Assembly (NCBI GenBank): GCA_043228905.1
Contig: JBHGNT010000005.1
Coordinates: forward strand, 310,001-374,000
Reading direction: 5' to 3'
From: Azolla caroliniana
Lineage: Eukaryota > Plantae > Polypodiophyta
DNA length: 64,000 nt
This document shows, piece by piece, positions 60,324-64,000 of this stretch. Under the pieces are notes generated by a model. That model was given only the letters and a program-made list of their open reading frames with translations. It was not told the DNA's origin and ran no database searches. A program made the position numbers and the translations under genes. The first letter of the stretch is position 1. Every line of letters begins with the position of its first letter.

Positions 60324-62203
60324 GGTATAAAGGGATTCATTTGCAATGAGGATTTGAACAAGATGTTAACTTTAGGAAGCAAAAGTTATGTCTTTTTATT
60401 TGTTCATAAGAACTTCGTAAAGTTTGGAGAAAACAATATGCATTGGGAAATAAAACAATGCGAATGCATAATATTTGGGTCGAAGAATATTTAGGCTTTG
60501 AGAAAGTCCAACCTAAATAGGTCAAATCAAAATGAAAGAACAACAAACAAAGAAGATGGATCAATGTTTTGAATCGATGAAGATCTCTTAATACATTAGA
60601 AACATGTTATGGATTGTTTATATGAGTTCTTGTATCTTATGAGTTTTCTTTTCCTTGTCTTTTCATACTAAAACGATGAAGAGTCAAACTCTTGAAAGAC
60701 TCTACATAATGTTGATTCACATAAAACAAACTCAAAAAATAGCTAAGAATCGTAAGAACATGTCAATTACAGAAAGAAACTTATTCTCTTTCCAGTGTAA
60801 AGTCACTCCACGAGGAACCTTAACATGCATAAATTAGTTGATAGATAAGAAAATTATAAAATGTAGCTATAACAATCTTAAACATAAGAGCACTCACCAT
60901 CGCACATATTCGATAGAAAACATCATTTCAACATTCGTTAGGAGGACGTAATCAATGTAGAGATAAAAAATGGCTCTACATAAAGTGAAGCTTGAGCATG
61001 ATGTAAACTATGCAAAGATTGGAAACTTTGAAGGGAGAAATGAAGGCATGTAGAAGATATGTCACCAAATCATATTTCATGTGCCTCTAAAGCATTTTGA
61101 AAGAGTTGTAAATCCAAGGTCTCGAGCTATGGAAGTGATATTTGAACAACACATTTGCTATTTGATAGATCAATATGTTTTACTTGGGAATTGACTACAC
61201 TTCTCTTACGAGTCTCGAATTGTTTCATTCAATAAGTGAGGTCATTCATGAAGTTTCAAAATCTCCCTTGATGTTTAATGTCTCATGAAGAACTAAAAAG
61301 CATGAAAATTACTACCATGCTACCTCATAAGTTGTAATGCATTGACCATGGATAATATTAACGCACAATCTACTTTTGACACAACACAACTCAATGTCAC
61401 TCTCAAAGGATTGAGTCACTACCCTCGTTGTTTTCTCCGATTAGTTTGTATTTGCCTTGGAGATGTATGGATGTATTCATCATTGAGCAAAGATTTAGGA
61501 GGTCATAAGCATGGAATCCCACAATGTTGTGTCTCGCATATACATGTGGTTGCCTTTATGACACTTGATTCCAACTTCACACACCATCGTGCTTCACATA
61601 ATCCCAATCCAATCATGGACCGAGATTTGGGGGTTCTCACATCTTTGTGTTTTGTACAACCCCATGGTACACTTGACATAGAAAGTGACTTTCACCATGA
61701 GATTGGTATTAAGTTGATTGCATTGCATGTAGCATGCGTGGACACTACAATTTTCACAAACAGGTGAGATAAAAGGGGTCCATACATGTGCTGTACATAT
61801 TTCAGGTTCACGTTTCTTGGTGTTTTTGCCTATATGTGCACGTCGTAAGCCTAAAGAAAGTGTGGTCGCTCGTCTAGGAGCAGTTGGTCACATGCTTTTA
61901 GTTGATAAGAAGTCAACAACTTCATGAGCTCCTAGGACATACACGATTGTTGGTCTTTGTCTCTCTGTGTCTCTCTCATAGGTCATATTTGAACTCCGAA
62001 GACGATAATATAATCTATCTATCTATCTCACATGGGTCATGTCGGCCTCCATGGGCATTAATATATACCATAATCTCAAGCTAACAACTGCCAACGGACC
62101 GTTCTCATATGGCTCTATCGCCCAAGACTCACACACCCAATCTCTCGCTCTAGGAAGCCATATGTCCATTTGTCTGTCTATTGAAGGCATACATATGGAC
62201 AAA

Positions 62204-62246
<43 letters not shown>

Positions 62247-62740
62247 CACACACATACACACACAGGTAGATTGAAATTAGTGTATTGCAGTCCATCCAAA
62301 AGACACTATTTTGTCTGATTTTCTCACCAAGAAAATACACACACACACACAAGTGGGCTGTTTCATTTTCAAAAAAGTATTGGTGTAAGATTTAGTCTCA
62401 TCATCTTCTTCTCCTTCATCATAAGCAGAATCAGCAGCGTCGTCATCGTCTCTGTGTGATCGATCTTTCACACACACTCACACGAATCATTCAAAGATAA
62501 TATTGACAATCTAAATCAGAGAAGAATCCGTAAGCCATAACCTAAATGTCCTGGTCTCTGCAGAAAGTTACATATGCGTAGACGAAAATCTATGCATATA
62601 TGAATATATATATAAAGAAGCAATGGCCTAAATCCTATCTATCCTAGAACAAACTGAACTGATCTGATCGATCTTTTATTTATACTCGCTTTAAAGCTCT
62701 ATTTCTTTCTTTCTTACTTCTTCTTTTCCGTTCTTTTCTG

Positions 62741-63916
62741 ATGGGAACCATAGCTTCTAAGCCAACAAAGGATGAACTAAGAGAAGGAAACAGTAGCTCA
62801 TGGTATGCCCCTGTCTCTAGAAGCATCTCTGCACCTATCCATTTCAAAGCAGACGAAGATGAAAATGAAGAAAGAGAAAACTATCAGTTTGCTTCTCTCA
62901 CTACAAGCTCCCATGGATTTCACACTATGGAGGAGAAAACCACATCCAACGAAGAATTGGTCGTCACAGGAGGCTTTGCTCACATTCTTCACCATAGCTA
63001 TTCTTATTCTTCGTCAACTGCCTTGCCAAGTCAGGAACATCCTTCACAATATGGAACTTTCCATGAAAGCTCTAAGCTCAAGACAGTTGAAGAAGCTGAA
63101 GAAGTAGAAGAGGTTAGTATGGCGTCAAAAGTGGAAAGTTTAAACACGCAGGTACTCATGGAAGGACTTCAATGCAAAGAAGAAGCAATGCAAAAGCAGT
63201 CGGATGCATTATTCAGAAGAAGCCCTCTTAGGAGCCTAAGTAATAGGCTTGACTATGACTATAAGCATGGACATAGCTACGGCGATGGCAGAAAAGATGT
63301 GAAGAACACATATTTTGATGCAGTGCAAAGAAGCCCTCTTGGGAGTGGCCTGTGTAGGAAGGTTCTGGAAGCACCTAAGAACGGTAATAATACATGGGAC
63401 GGATCAATGCCCCCTTTTGATCTGCAACCGGATGCAGTCACATGCCTATCCATCCCAAGAGCATCGGGGGACAAAGCAGTCCTCTACTTCACAAGCCTCC
63501 GGTGCATCCGACGAACGTTCGATGAATGCTGCACTGCCAAACAGATATTGCGGGGCCTCGGTGTCTTTGCGGACGAGCGAGATGTGTGGATGCACTCCAA
63601 GTTCAGAGATGAGCTCACCCAGCTCATGGGTGGGATCAAGGTCCCTGTCCCCCGGCTGTTCATCAAAGGGAGGGATATCGGGGGATTTGAGGATTTGAAA
63701 AGGTTGCATGAAGAGGGGGTCTTGGCAACATTAATCATCGGCTTGCGTTCATCTGGCCTCGGCCTTCGAGAAGCATGCCCAGGCTGTGCTGATGTGAGAT
63801 TCGTGCCTTGTCTCACTTGCAACGGTAGTTGCAAAGTCTTAGATCTGCTCAACCGTGCTACAAGGTGCGATCAATGCAATGAAAATGGGCTCATCATGTG
63901 TCCGATTTGCAATTAG
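62741..63916 (+). CDS. Glutaredoxin-like protein with Cys-rich C-terminus (GRX-like/GRXCR family)
   Basis: 391-aa intronless ORF with VLYFTSLR.IRRTFDEC, ERDVWMH, VPRLFIKGR.IGG and four CxxC pairs ending CNENGLIMCPIC. Confidence 0.93.
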   Translation: MGTIASKPTKDELREGNSSSWYAPVSRSISAPIHFKADEDENEERENYQFASLTTSSHGFHTMEEKTTSNEELVVTGGFAHILHHSYSYSSSTALPSQEHPSQYGTFHESSKLKTVEEAEEVEEVSMASKVESLNTQVLMEGLQCKEEAMQKQSDALFRRSPLRSLSNRLDYDYKHGHSYGDGRKDVKNTYFDAVQRSPLGSGLCRKVLEAPKNGNNTWDGSMPPFDLQPDAVTCLSIPRASGDKAVLYFTSLRCIRRTFDECCTAKQILRGLGVFADERDVWMHSKFRDELTQLMGGIKVPVPRLFIKGRDIGGFEDLKRLHEEGVLATLIIGLRSSGLGLREACPGCADVRFVPCLTCNGSCKVLDLLNRATRCDQCNENGLIMCPICN

Positions 63917-64000
63917 CATGGTGGTGTCCTTCATCCAAGATCAATCCTCTCTCTATCGCATCGAAATGCAAATATGTTTTGAGATTTTACATCATGTGTT

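Noticed and set aside
62798-63852. Overlapping ORFs within the GRX-like gene
   Set aside because: Alternate-frame and antisense shadows with no motifs.

Overview
Eukaryotic, AT-rich, repeat-rich land-plant nuclear DNA. The PPR style and transposon content suggest a fern, but that is inference. Six host genes are supported by manual splicing and translation. (1) An 82-aa SMIM13/DUF4750-like single-pass membrane protein (-, 3 coding exons). (2) An intronless PLS-class PPR gene that appears to sit on the same strand inside intron 2 of gene 1, followed by decayed copies of its own 3' end. (3) Sterol C8,7 isomerase (HYD1/EBP, -) with an RT-less, short-LTR Copia in intron 1. (4) A BZR/BES1-beta-amylase fusion (+) whose second catalytic Glu and both substrate loops are substituted; its leader holds a 36-bp hairpin and a degenerate repeat-spacer array. 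(5) A DevT/TIGR04168-like metallophosphoesterase (-) with a hAT MITE in an intron. (6) A Cys-rich glutaredoxin-like gene (+). Intergenic DNA contains LINEs, Gypsy and Copia remnants, solo LTRs, tandem duplications and a 147-bp palindromic TG...CA element with a 5-bp TSD. Exon boundaries were read by eye and need RNA-seq confirmation.
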